The translations under genes were made by a program, and so were the position numbers. Of a DNA stretch of 64,000 nt, positions 30,143 through 40,935 are shown one piece after another; the stretch's first letter is position 1; each line of letters opens with the position of its first letter. Origin of the DNA: a bacterium (GTDB lineage Bacteria > UBA8248); NCBI GenBank assembly GCA_965213685.1, contig CBDBZY010000012.1:32001-96000 (forward strand), given 5' to 3'. The notes under the pieces are model-generated. The model searched no databases, was not told where the DNA came from, and saw only the letters and a list, made by a program, of their open reading frames with translations.

Positions 30143-32230
30143 CGCGCAAGGCCTCGCGGATTCGATTGGGAATCGACATCGGGGGCACGTTCACCGACCT
30201 CGTGCTCATGGATGAAGCCAGGGGTGCGGTCCACATCGCCAAGGTCCTGACCACGCCCGACGATCCCGCTGCGGGCGCGCTTTCGGGTTTTGGCCGCATA
30301 CTGGAGTCTGCCGGCCTGACCGCCCCGGACGTCGCGAGCGTCGTTCACGCCACCACCCTCATCACCAACGCCCTGATCGAGAGGAAGGGCGCTCGCACGG
30401 GCCTCATCACGACGCAGGGGTTTTCCGACGTCATCGAGATCGCCCGCGAGAAACGCTTTGATCTGTATGATCTGCACCAGGAGACGCCCGCGCCGCTGGT
30501 TTCCCCGGAATTGCGGGCGGAGGTTCCCGAGCGCGTGCATGTGGATGGCGAGATCGCGGTGCCCGTCGACCTCGAGGCGGTGAAAAGAGAGGCGCGAAAA
30601 CTCGTGGAACGGGGGGCGGAATCCATCGCCGTCTCCTTTCTCCACGCACCCGTGAATCCGAAGAATGAGGAGGCGGCCCGGGCCGCCCTCCTGGAAGCCG
30701 TCCCCGGGGTGCCCGTTTCGATTTCCTCCGCCGTGGCGCCGGAAACGGGAGAGTATGAGCGCGCGTCCACCACGGCGGCGAACGCTTATGCGCGGCCCAT
30801 CGCCGACGCCTATCTGACGCGCTTGCTGGAGAGCTTGGGGGATTCGGGATTCGGGGGGGATCTTTTCATCATGCTCTCGAACGCGGGCTTCGCGGGGATC
30901 GACAGCGTGCGGGAGCACCCGGTGAGAATCATCGAATCAGGGCCGGCGGGCGGTGCGCTCGCGGCCGCGCAAATCGCCAAATCCCGGAAGGAGGCCCACG
31001 CCTTGGGATTTGACATGGGCGGCACCACGGCCAAGATATGCCTGATCGAAAACGGAGAGCCCGCCACGGAGAACCGCTTCGAGGTGGCGCGGACGTCGAG
31101 ATTTCAAAAAGGAAGCGGCTTGCCCATCCTCTCGCCCACCGTGGATTTGGTCGAAATCGGAGCGGGCGGCGGTAGCATCGCGCAGATGAGCGCGCTGGGG
31201 CTGCTCCAGGTCGGCCCCCCAAAGCGCGGGGGCGGCCCCGGGGCCCGTTTGCTATGGCCGGGGAGGGGAGCGCCCCACCGTCACCGACGCGAATCTGGTT
31301 TTGGGCTACCTGAACCCCGATTTTTTCCTGGGCGGTGCCATGCGCCTCGACCCGGAAAAAGCGCGGGAGGCGGTTGCCTCCCTGGGGCGGAAGCTCGATA
31401 TGCGCGTGGAGGATGCGGCGTGGGGGGTGTATGAGATCATCACCGAGCAGATGGCGAGTGCGGCGCGCGTGCACATCGCCGAGAAAGGGGGCGACCCGAG
31501 AAATTACGTCCTGATCGCCACGGGGGGCGCCGCTCCCCTGCACGCCTGCCATATGGCGAAGAAGCTCTACATTCGCCGCATCGTTTGTCCGCCGGACGTG
31601 GGCGTGGCCTCGGCCGCCGGCCTCCTGGCGGCGCGGCCGAGGGCCGACGCCGTTCGTGCCCTGGTGTCCGACGTCGACGCGGTCGACTGGGCGCGCGTCG
31701 CCGAATTGTACGGGGAGATGGCCGCCCAGGTGAGAGATTCCCTGGGAGATGCGCTCCACGGGAGCGAGGAGCGGGAGATGCCATGCGCGGCCGATATGCG
31801 CTACCGGGGGCAGACGGATACGGTGAGCGTCCCCCTCCCCGGAGAAGGGGGCGTGCCGGTTCCGGACGCCGCAGCCGTGAAGGAATTGTTCGAGCGGGCG
31901 TACGCGAGGCGGTATCTGAGAAAAATCGAGAACGTGGCGGCGGAGGTGGCTGCCTGGCGGTTGGCGATGCTGGGGCCCCGCCCGGGCGCCGTGCGCGTCC
32001 CGCCGATCGCAGATCGGGGGGATTTCGAGAAAGGGAGAAGAAAAATATACGCGGGCCCCGGAGGCGGATTCGTGGACGCGCTCGTCTACCACCGCTATTC
32101 CCTGCCCCCCGCGCGGGAATTCCCGGGCCCCGCCATCATCGAGGAGCGCGAATCCACTATCGTGATACCCGGGGACGCCCGCTTCGAGAAAGACGAGGCG
32201 GGCCACATCGTCATCCAGGTGAATCATTGA
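30139..32230 (+). CDS. Hydantoinase/oxoprolinase subunit A, frameshifted near 31215-31260
   Basis: GIDIGGTFTD, HATTLITNALIE, ESGPAGG, FDMGGTTAK, IGAGGGSIA, DMRYRGQ. Confidence 0.9.
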
Positions 32231-33787
32231 GCCCGGCGTCGTTCGACCCCATCACGCTGGAAGTGCTTTGGCGAAGGCTCATCGGCGTAGTGGATGAGGC
32301 GGCGGCCTCTCTGGTGCGCACCTCCTTCTCCACGCTGGTGCGCGAATCGAACGATTTTTCCTGCGTGCTCACCGATGATCAGGGCCACTCCCTCGTGCAG
32401 TCCTCCGCCAGCATCGCCTCGTTCATCGGCACCCTGCCGATAACGGTTCGCCATTTTCTCCGGGCGTTTCCGCCCGAGACGCTCGCACCCGGCGACATCC
32501 TGGTGACCAACGACATCTGGTACGGAACGGGTCACCTTCCCGATGTGAACATCGTCCAGCCGGTGTTTTACCGGGGGAAATGCGTCGGGTTTTCCGCCAG
32601 CACGGCCCACCTGCCGGACATCGGCGGAAAAATTCGCTCCCCGGACCCCAGGGAAGTGTATGAAGAGGGGCTCCAGATTCCCATGATGAAGATGTACAGG
32701 CGGGGCGAGCCCGACCGGACGCTCATCGATCTCATACGCTATAACGTGCGCGTGCCGCATCTGGTAATGGGCGACATCAACGCCCCAGATCACGGCGAAT
32801 CGTCTGGCGGAAAAGCGCTTGACCGCTCTGCTGGAGGAATACGGCCTGGCGGATTTGCGCGCGCTGACAAGAGAGATTCAGGGCCGATCCGAAAAAGCGA
32901 TGCGAGACGCCCTGCGTCGTCTGCCGGACGGGGAGTTCCGCTCCGAAGTCGAAACGGACGGCCTAGCGGCGCCCATTCGGGTGAAAGCGAGAATAGAGAA
33001 AACCGGGGATTCCCTGGTGATCGACTACGCCGGCTCATCGCCGCAAGTCGACCGCGCCGTGAACGTGGCCTACAACTACACGTATGCGTATTCGGTATAT
33101 CCCATCAAATGCGTCCTCTGCCCGGAGGTTCCCAACAATGAGGGGGTGCTTCCGGCCCGTTGAAGTGCGGACGGAGGAGGGGAGCATTCTGGATCCGCTT
33201 CGTCCCGCCGCGGGAGGGGGGCGGATGCTGGTGGGCCACTATCTGCCCGCGGCCGTTTTCGAGGCCCTCGCTCCCGTCATCCCGGAGCGGGTGCCCGCGG
33301 CGAGCGGCTCTCCGCTGTGGTGCGTGAACTACACGGGGCTGGACAAGCGGGGCGTCAGAACGGCGGGGCTCTTCTTTCAGAACGGGGGCACGGGCGCTAC
33401 CGCGCGCGGAGACGGCCGCGCCTGCCTGAGCTATCCCAGCAACGTCTCCCATACGCCGATCGAGGTGATCGAGCGCATCTCCCCGTTCACCCTGCTGGAG
33501 AAGACGATACTCCGGGATTCGGGCGGGGGCCGGCAAGTTTCGGGGCGGTTGCGGGCAGAGGATCGTCCTGCGGAACGATTCGCCGGCCCGCATCACGGTT
33601 TCGTTTATGGCCGAGCGCACGAAGTCGCCCGCACCGGGTCTGTTTGGCGGCGCTCCGGGTGCGCGGGGGCAGGTGCGCATCAACGACGCCGAGATCGACC
33701 CCCAAGGTCACCACCGAGATGGCACCGGGCGACCTCCTCACGCTCATCACGCCGGGCGGCGGAGGATACGGCGAGGCGGGGCGGTGA
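32227..33787 (+). CDS. Hydantoinase/oxoprolinase subunit B, several frameshifts
   Basis: DPITLEV, RTSFS, GHLPD, HLPDIGG, EEGLQIP, TPIEVIE, TPGGGGYG. Confidence 0.88.
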
Positions 33788-34236
33788 TGTCTTCGCTTGC
33801 CGAGGGGGAATGGCGCTTCATCCGGAATGCGCGCGTGGCGCGGCTGGCGACGGCCGACGGGAGGGGCGCGCCCCATCTCGTGCCCGTGGTGTTCGCCGTG
33901 GTGGACGGGAGAATATACGTTCCGGTGGACGGCAAGCCGAAGAGGAGGGTCGCGCGCCTGAAACGTCTCGAAAACATCCGGGAGAATGAAAATGTCTCGT
34001 TTCTGGTGGATCGCTATGCGGAGGATTGGGCGAACCTCGGGTTCGTGATGCTCTCGGGAAGCGCGGCTGTCATCCATGCCGAAACCGGGGACGCCTACGA
34101 AAGGGCGGCGGAGGCCCTGCGGGAGAAATACCCGCAATACCAGGGCGTCGCGCTCCATGAATGGATGATAGAAATCCGGCCGCTTCGCGCCGCCTCCTGG
34201 GGTGCGGTGCAGGCGGGGGAGCCTTCATCCACATGA
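33787..34236 (+). CDS. PPOX-class (split beta-barrel) putative F420-dependent oxidoreductase, Rv0121-like
   Basis: RVARLAT, PHLVPVVFA, VDGKPK, LKRLENI, DRYAEDW, KYPQY; ATG overlaps the upstream stop. Confidence 0.8.
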   Translation: MSSLAEGEWRFIRNARVARLATADGRGAPHLVPVVFAVVDGRIYVPVDGKPKRRVARLKRLENIRENENVSFLVDRYAEDWANLGFVMLSGSAAVIHAETGDAYERAAEALREKYPQYQGVALHEWMIEIRPLRAASWGAVQAGEPSST

Positions 34237-34282
34237 ATCTGCGCCGTCAAGGCGCCCGCGCCGGACGTTTCCGCCCCGAACC

Positions 34283-35501
34283 TTATCGCGTGCGCGGGGT
34301 CAGGCGTGGACTCTTGCCCGCCTTGCCCGCAGAGAGGACGCCTTGCTTCCCGAGTGCGAACAGACCGCTTCGCCAGGTCGGCTTCGGGGAAGGATATTTT
34401 CCCCTCCCAGGCCAGTTCGGCCAGCAGCCTTCCCGTGAGAGGGCCAAACTTGAATCCGTGGCCCGAGAAGCCGGCCCCTATCGCGATGCGCGGATTCTCG
34501 GGGTGGAGGTCGATGATGAAGTCCTCGTTCGGCGCGTTCGTGTAAAGGCAGTGCTCGGCCCCTGCGAGCGTCCATCCGGAGGAGGTGAAGAACCTCGCCA
34601 TGAAACGCTTCACGTCCTCTATCTTGTCCTGCGCGATGGAGTCCGGCGGGTCGTCGGGGTCGTCATCCACCCCGATCCGGAGGTGGCGGGCCACCTTGAT
34701 GCCCGCGCGTCCCCCAAATTCCGGCATCCCGTAGAAGAGGTGATTCTCGTCTTCTTCCATATACACCCAGACGGGAAAGCGGCCGGGTCGGTAGGCGTCC
34801 CGATCGCCATCGGGCGTGGTGAAGTATCCCACCGTCTGGCGGGCGACCGTGAGGGCGGGTCTGAGAAACGGGAGCAAATCCCGCGCCCAGGCCCCCGCCG
34901 TGACGATCAGGCGCTCGGCGCGCAGAACCCCCCGGCTCGTTTGGATGGTCACGGGGTCGGTCGCGGGGTCAATTTCGCGGACGGAGGTGTTTTCATGGAT
35001 ATGCGCCCCTCTCTTGCGGGCCAGGGCGGCGAGCGATCGGATGGTTTCTTCCGCCGAGATGACGCCGGCCGTCTTGTCAAGCAGGACGTTCTCCGCACCC
35101 GCAAGCGTGAACTGGGGATACAGCCTGCGCGCCTCTGCCGCCGAGACGAGGTCGACGTCCACGCCCTCTTTTTGCACGGCGCGCATGTAGCGCGCGAAAC
35201 GCTCGCAGGGAGGCCCCGCGAAAAGCCCGACGCCCGGGCGGACGAGCCGCCTGCCGGCGTCTTTCTCGAGCCTCGGCCATTCCTCCCGGCGCACCCATTG
35301 CATCAGGCGCACGTATTCCGGCGCGATGTAGGCGCTTCGCGTGACGCGCGCCGCGCCGTGCGAGCTGCCCCGGTTGTGCCCGATGGCGAATCGCTCCACC
35401 AGCCCCACGCGCCTGGGGCCGAGGCGCTGGAGGTGGTAGAGCGCCGAGAGTCCGTTGATTCCTCCGCCGATGACCAGAACGTCGAGGGTGTCGTCGCTCA
35501 C
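34283..35501 (-). CDS. Monomeric sarcosine oxidase / N-methyltryptophan oxidase family FAD enzyme
   Basis: VIGGGINGLS, GSSHG..R, CLYT (covalent-FAD Cys), GFSGHGFKFGP. The end is approximate: the ORF-track extension to 34095 overlaps the opposite gene and probably reflects an indel near 34370. Confidence 0.85.
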
Positions 35502-35804
35502 GGGGTCCTCTTCGCCTCATGGAAGGGCTGCCGCGCCGCCGGTTTCCCCCCTGCGCGGCGTTCCTCTCGCGTGAATGGGGCCATTTCACCCCATCGACGC
35601 GCAAATATCAACGGCGGATTGGCGCGCGGCCGGGCTTTGGAGCGGCCCGGGGAGAGGGGATCGGACGGGTCGCCCCCGGGGAGCCTTGCGGAGAAGTCCC
35701 GCCCCCCCGGGCGCTCGAGGCCGCGCCCTCGCCGTGGTAGGGTGGCGTTTCGGGAACCCGCTGGAGGCGAGAAATGACATGGACACGATGGAATGGAGGC
35801 GAAC

Positions 35805-37229
35805 ATGGGCGTTGATGAATTGAATTTTCTCTCGCTGCATCATCTCTCCCGCCTCCTGCGGGAGCGGAAAATCTCGCCCCTGGAGGTGGTGGACGCGCAC
35901 CTGCGGCAGATCGAGGCGCTCAACCCCCGGATCAACGCCTTCATCACCGTGTGCGCGGAGAGGGCGCGGGAAGACGCAGGAAGGGCGGAGGATGAAATTC
36001 AGGGCGGAAACTACCGGGGGCCGCTGCACGGCATACCCGTAGGGGTCAAGGATATCGTCGATACCGCCGGCGTCCTGACGACGCAGGGTTCGCGTTTTTT
36101 CTCGGAAAACGTTCCGGACGAGGACGCGGAGTGCGTGCGGAGGCTCAGGGAGGCGGGCGCCGTCATCATCGGCAAGTGCAACACCCACGAGTTCGCGGCC
36201 GGCTCCACCACCGTGAACCCCCATTACGGCCCATGCCGCAACCCCTGGGACACCGACAGGGTGTCGGGCGGCTCGAGCGGCGGCTCGGGGGCCGCCGTCG
36301 CCGCGTTCATGTGCCCCGCCGCCGTGGGAACCGACACGGGCGGCTCCATCCGGGGGCCGGCGGGAGCCTGTGGCGTGGCGGGACTGAAGCCCACCTACGG
36401 GCGGGTGAGCCTTCGCGGCGTGTTCCCGAACGCTCCCGGCCTCGACCATGCCGGCCCGATCGCCAGAACGGCGCGCGATTGCGGTCTCGCCCTCCAGGGC
36501 ATGGCGGGTCATGACCCGGCGGACGGGGGCTCGGCGGATCGGGAGGTGCCGGATTTCTGCGCCGCGATAGGCGAGGGCGTCGAAGGGATGCGCTTCGGGA
36601 TTTGTCGGGATTTGCACCTCTGCGAGAATGACGAATCGGTTCAAAACGGCTTCGAATATGTGCTCGAAACCATGGAGCGTCTGGGCGGGGTCGTCGTGGA
36701 GGTGCGCTATCCGCTGGCCGGCAGAATGCTCGAGGTTCGCAACGTCATCGCCGATATGGAGCTGGCGATGGTCCACCGCGAGCGCCTCGCCCTGCATCCG
36801 GAGAAGTTTGGAGCGGACGTGCGGAGCCGCATCGAGCGGGCGAGCCGCACGACGCAGGAGGATTACGAGCGTGCCTGTGCGGAGCGTCTGCCGCTCACCC
36901 GGGCGATGGAGGAGGCGTTTGATGAGGCCGACATCCTCCTCGCCCCGGGCTACCCTTGCCCCGCCGCGCCGATTGCGACGACGATGGGGCGCGTGAATGG
37001 CAAGGAACGCCCGTTTTCCGGTCTCGGCAGACCCCAGACCGGCCCGTACAATCTGTTTGGCTTCCCCGCCCTCTCCGCGCCGTCGGGCTTCAGCGCCGAG
37101 GGCCTGCCGGTGTCAGTCCAGTTCGTGGGGCCGCCCTGGGAGGAGGCGCGCGTGCTGCGGGCGGCCCATGCGTTCGAGGAGGCCGCGCCGGACATCCGGC
37201 GAAAAAAGCCGCCGATGTTCTCCGGCTGA
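35805..37229 (+). CDS. Amidase signature family protein (GatA-like)
   Basis: GPLHGIPVGVKD, GGSSGGSG, GTDTGGSIR. Confidence 0.92.
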   Translation: MGVDELNFLSLHHLSRLLRERKISPLEVVDAHLRQIEALNPRINAFITVCAERAREDAGRAEDEIQGGNYRGPLHGIPVGVKDIVDTAGVLTTQGSRFFSENVPDEDAECVRRLREAGAVIIGKCNTHEFAAGSTTVNPHYGPCRNPWDTDRVSGGSSGGSGAAVAAFMCPAAVGTDTGGSIRGPAGACGVAGLKPTYGRVSLRGVFPNAPGLDHAGPIARTARDCGLALQGMAGHDPADGGSADREVPDFCAAIGEGVEGMRFGICRDLHLCENDESVQNGFEYVLETMERLGGVVVEVRYPLAGRMLEVRNVIADMELAMVHRERLALHPEKFGADVRSRIERASRTTQEDYERACAERLPLTRAMEEAFDEADILLAPGYPCPAAPIATTMGRVNGKERPFSGLGRPQTGPYNLFGFPALSAPSGFSAEGLPVSVQFVGPPWEEARVLRAAHAFEEAAPDIRRKKPPMFSG

Positions 37230-37359
37230 CGCCGGGCTTTGGGGATCGGAGGAGGCTCCGGGAAATCGTCTAACGAAAACAGGAGGTGCGGGATGGAGAC
37301 GCGGTCGATATAATGAGAGCACGCCCGCGGTTTTCTTGCCTGCTGGAGGGGACGGGAAT

Positions 37360-38205
37360 ATGACGAGAGACGACGGCTCCCCGCTTGTTTCGGCCGCGTG
37401 GCTTTTGGAGCGTCTGCAGGAGCCTGGCTTGCGGGTCATCGAGGTTTCCTCATCGAGCGATGACGCCTCCTACCGCGAGGGGCATGTTCCGGGAGCGCAC
37501 CGGTGGTTCTGGAAGGACGCCCTCTGGCACGAGACGGACCGCGCGTTCGCCGCGCCCGGGGAGATGGCGAAGCGGCTGGGGCGCGTCGGCGTCGGCCCGG
37601 ATGCGACCGTCGTCCTGTATGGCGACCCCGTGCAGTTCGGCACCTATGCGTTCTGGGCGCTCAGGATGGCGGGGTTCCGGAATTTGCGGCTCCTCGATGG
37701 CGCGAAAAAAAAGTGGATGGCCGACGGGATGCCCATCTCGCGGGAGACGCCGGAGCCCCGGGCGGTTCCCCACGCCGCTGCGGGCGCGGGGGAGACCCTG
37801 AGCGTGGGCAGGGATGAGGTGCGCGCGAAGCTGGGCCAGCCGGGCCGGGTACTGCTCGACGTGCGCTCGCCGGAGGAATTCCGGGGGGAGCGGGTGATGC
37901 CCCCTCCGGGTTTCGACCACGGCGCGGAGCGGGCGGGGCGCATACCGGGGGCGGTTCATCTGTTTTTCCGCGAGCTGCTGCATGCGGACGACACCTACAG
38001 ACGCCCTGAGGAGCTTCGGAGCATTCTGCGCGGAGCGGGAGCCCTTCCCGATGAAATCGAACTCGTCCTCTACTGACGCCTGAGCCACCGGGCCAGTCTG
38101 GTCTGGTTCGCCATGAAGTATTTGCTGGGCTACGAAAACGTGAAAATTTATGACGGCTCATGGACGGAGTGGGGGAGCATCGTCGGTTTTCCGATTGAAA
38201 GGTGA
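37360..38205 (+). CDS. Two-domain rhodanese/sulfurtransferase (SseA/CysA-like) with in-frame TGA (38074-38076), probable selenocysteine
   Basis: GHVPGA, LLDG, DVRSPEEF, then LY-TGA-RLSHRA and the in-frame rhodanese C-terminal signature YDGSWTEW; stop at 38203-38205. Confidence 0.82.
38082..38109 (+). promoter_or_regulatory. Putative SECIS hairpin of the sulfurtransferase gene
   Basis: GAGCCA-ccg-GGCCA-GTC-TGGTC-TGGTTC stem-loop with a G-starting loop 19 nt after the TGA; folded by eye. Confidence 0.55.
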
Positions 38206-38258
38206 TGCGCGCCGCCGCGCGGGACGAATGCGGAAGCGCCTCACGGCGGAGAGTAAGA

Positions 38259-38291
38259 AAAACACCGCGGCCACGGGGGCCGCGGTGTTTT
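38259..38291. terminator. Bidirectional intrinsic terminator
   Basis: AAAACACCGCGGCC-ACGGG-GGCCGCGGTGTTTT perfect inverted repeat between convergent genes. Confidence 0.85.
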
Positions 38292-38309
38292 CGGGTTCAG
38301 AAAACGGCG

Positions 38310-38621
38310 CTAGCGCAGCACGTTGCCGGGTTTTCTCGGCGGGTCGTTCGCCGGGCGCGGCTCCACCGGCTCGTTGTTCTTGAAGTCCGGTGCGAGCTCC
38401 TCGTTGATGGCCGCCCATACGGGATCGTCATCTTCGCTTTCCAGGATGGCGTCAATCGGGCACTCCGGCTGGCAAACGCCACAGTCGATGCACTCCTCGG
38501 GATCGATGATGAGAAAGGGCTCCCCCTTGTAATCGCCCGGGTGCATACAATCCACGGGACAGACGCTCACGCACGTCGCATAGCGCTCGCCCAAGCATTT
38601 CTCCCCGATGACAAATGTCAT
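38310..38621 (-). CDS. 7Fe-type (3Fe-4S/4Fe-4S) ferredoxin, FdxA-like
   Basis: MTFVI..C...CVSVCPVDC and IDPEECIDCGVCQPECP. Confidence 0.9.
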   Translation of the reverse strand: MTFVIGEKCLGERYATCVSVCPVDCMHPGDYKGEPFLIIDPEECIDCGVCQPECPIDAILESEDDDPVWAAINEELAPDFKNNEPVEPRPANDPPRKPGNVLR

Positions 38622-38830
38622 GGATGATTCCCTCCTTCTGAAAATGAAGATTGTCGCCATTTGAATGCGCGAGAGGGCGGCCCCTGGCGATTCACGAATA
38701 TCCGACGCCGCGCCGGCTTCACCCGACGGTTGCAAACTCCACCCATGCTATCAGCTGGCGTTGAGGGAAAGCAAGCATTCCGGCGCGTAAATTTCAGATT
38801 CTCCGGATGCGCGGCGGAGGCCTGTGCGGG

Positions 38831-39736
38831 CTAGGCCGTTGGTTTCGGGGAGGCGTCAAAAATTTTCCCGAGCGCCTCCAGCATGGCCTCGACGGACTCA
38901 GGCGGCACCCCTCCGAGCGCGCCCCGGAAATCAAAGCCCTGGAGCCAGCGGAATTTCTCGAGCGAGGCGGAGCTGATGTGCGAGTCCACGCCCAGCGATT
39001 CGAGGGTCGAGACCACCCCTTCCATCTCCTGTGCCCGCCTCCCGGCGGCGATGAGGCTCGTGCCCGCCAGGCTCAGCGCCAGCTCCCGGAGCGGAAGTCC
39101 CTCCACGGTGCCGGCGATGGAGTCGAGGAGTTCCTCCACCATCCCGCAGCGCCTCGCCGCCTCGATGGTCTCGAGGAGGGTCATCATCAGGCCTTTGGTG
39201 AATATGCTGCGCACGACTTTCAGGGCGGAGGCGTCGCCCACGCGCTCGCTGAGCGCCCGGAGCCGCATTCCGTGCCTCGCCATGGCCGCGCTCAAGGGCG
39301 CGGCACCGGGGCCGGAGATCAACGTGACGACCCGGTGGCCATACACCTCCGCCGGGTCGCATATCGCCCCGTCCATCGGCTGACCCCCGTGGGCCTCGAT
39401 GATGCGCCCCATCTCCCGCTTCACCCCGGGCGTGGTGGTGTTCAAATCCACGTACACGGTATTCTCCAGAAAGGGGGAGGCGTTGCGGGCCGCTTCGAGC
39501 GCGATTTCCGGCGTCAGGAGCGAGAGGACAATATCCGCGCCCTCGAGCGCTTCTTTCATGGATTCCGTCATGCGAATCGCGGGATGGGCGGAGGCTCGCA
39601 GGTGCTCCGGTCGCCAGGGCGGCCTCTTCCACACGCGAATTTGCGCGGCGCCATCCTCCGCCAGCCCCCGGGCGATGGGCCTGCCCGCCATGCCGAATCC
39701 CAGGACGCACACGGTGGGAGAATCGGGAAGGTTCAA
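38831..39736 (-). CDS. NAD(P)-dependent oxidoreductase (3-hydroxyisobutyrate/6-phosphogluconate dehydrogenase-like)
   Basis: VLGFGMAG, YVDLNT, ASALKVVRSIFTKG, RRAQEM. Confidence 0.8.
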   Translation of the reverse strand: MNLPDSPTVCVLGFGMAGRPIARGLAEDGAAQIRVWKRPPWRPEHLRASAHPAIRMTESMKEALEGADIVLSLLTPEIALEAARNASPFLENTVYVDLNTTTPGVKREMGRIIEAHGGQPMDGAICDPAEVYGHRVVTLISGPGAAPLSAAMARHGMRLRALSERVGDASALKVVRSIFTKGLMMTLLETIEAARRCGMVEELLDSIAGTVEGLPLRELALSLAGTSLIAAGRRAQEMEGVVSTLESLGVDSHISSASLEKFRWLQGFDFRGALGGVPPESVEAMLEALGKIFDASPKPTA

Positions 39737-39865
39737 GGAGGTATCTCCATTCCGGCTCGCATGGATGGATGACGCCAGGCCATGTTCGGTGTCGGTTCGC
39801 CATTATAAAATGAAGCGCGCCGGCGAGACCAGCCCATCGCGCCGCCGCCTCCCCCCCCGGTTTCC

Positions 39866-40160
39866 GGCGGCGCGGGGCGTCACCGGCCCCCGGGACGTCT
39901 TTGAGGGGCGTTTCGGCTTTTTTCATCTGTATGACGGCGGAAGGAGCGGACGGGCGGCGCCGGGCGAGGCGCGTCAATCGGACGGGGCGCACGAATACTC
40001 CCACGACGTGCTGGCGAGGGAGCTGGGCCTGCGCTTCGAGGTGGAGAACTTGAGCTTCAAGCCATACCCGTGCTGTCGCGCCAGCCACGGGGTGCTGGGC
40101 GGTCTTTTGGAGATCATGCGCGCGGAGAAGGTCGGAGGTGCGGACGTGGAGAGGGCGCAC
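39866..40160 (+). pseudogene. Internal fragment of an MmgE/PrpD family gene
   Basis: AARGVTGPRDVFEGRFGFFHLY and FKPYPCCRASH, without the N- and C-terminal parts. Confidence 0.7.
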
Positions 40161-40311
40161 CCCCGAGCTGGAGGAGAAACTTCAAAAATGCGCGCGCTTC
40201 TCACGCAAAAGCATGGGTGAGAAGAAAACGCGCACACTCGTTCAGGAGATATATGCCCTGGATGCGCGGGAAGACGTGGGCGGGCTCATCTCCCGTCTGC
40301 CCTAGAAGCCC

Positions 40312-40773
40312 CTAGTTCGCCACCCGCAGCCTGTAATCGGGCGTCGGGTTCAGGGGGCATGAGTAATAATAGTCGCCCTCTTTCAGGGTGACGGAATAGT
40401 CCAGCGTCTTCCCCTGGACGAGGCCGCCTCCCGACACCTTCGGCAGCGTGAGGCGTCCAACGCCCGCCCCGCGCAGATAAAACCCGAGCTCATACGGCAC
40501 GTTCTGGTTCGTTACGCGGAAAACGTACGAACCGGGCTTGAGCGTGAGGGCCTTGCTGTCGGCGAGACGCTTCGCCCCGCCCCGGGAGTTGATGCTTCGG
40601 CAGTCGGCCGCTTTCTTGGGTTGAAATCCATGGTCCTTACCCTCCGGCTCGGTGAACTGGCATCCCGTTTGGGTGAGGACGATGACGGTCGGCTCGGCGC
40701 TTGCGTATGCGAGAGGGAGCGTGAATGCCACCACGAGGAAAATCATAAAAAACGCTTTGCAGATGTTTTGCAT
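40312..40773 (-). CDS. Secreted cupredoxin-like domain protein
   Basis: Signal peptide; LTLKPGSYVFRVTN, LKEGDYYYSCPLNPTP. Confidence 0.65.
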   Translation of the reverse strand: MQNICKAFFMIFLVVAFTLPLAYASAEPTVIVLTQTGCQFTEPEGKDHGFQPKKAADCRSINSRGGAKRLADSKALTLKPGSYVFRVTNQNVPYELGFYLRGAGVGRLTLPKVSGGGLVQGKTLDYSVTLKEGDYYYSCPLNPTPDYRLRVAN

Positions 40774-40935
40774 GGCGGTGCTCCTTCTCTCGGGGGGGCG
40801 TTTTCCGGATCCGAAATCCCCTCCGGCGCTTTCAAAAAAGGCCGGAGGGGATAGGATGCGGGGGTCTCAGCCGGCGGTCGCTGGATGGTTCATGGACTCC
40901 ATGAGAGACGCCCGGCTAGGTGATAGAAAGCTATC

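Noticed and set aside
34095-34283. Long C-terminal extension of the sarcosine-oxidase-like ORF overlapping the PPOX gene
   Set aside because: It lies past the conserved family C-terminus and is most likely caused by an indel.
35629-37242. 12-bp direct repeat GCCGGGCTTTGG flanking the amidase gene, read as a target-site duplication
   Set aside because: A 12-bp match is expected by chance in 64 kb of GC-rich DNA, and there are no mobility genes.
7220-38076. Genome-wide TGA reassignment (genetic code 4 or 25)
   Set aside because: Many genes end normally in TGA, including TGATG overlaps; the two read-through cases fall only at Cys positions.
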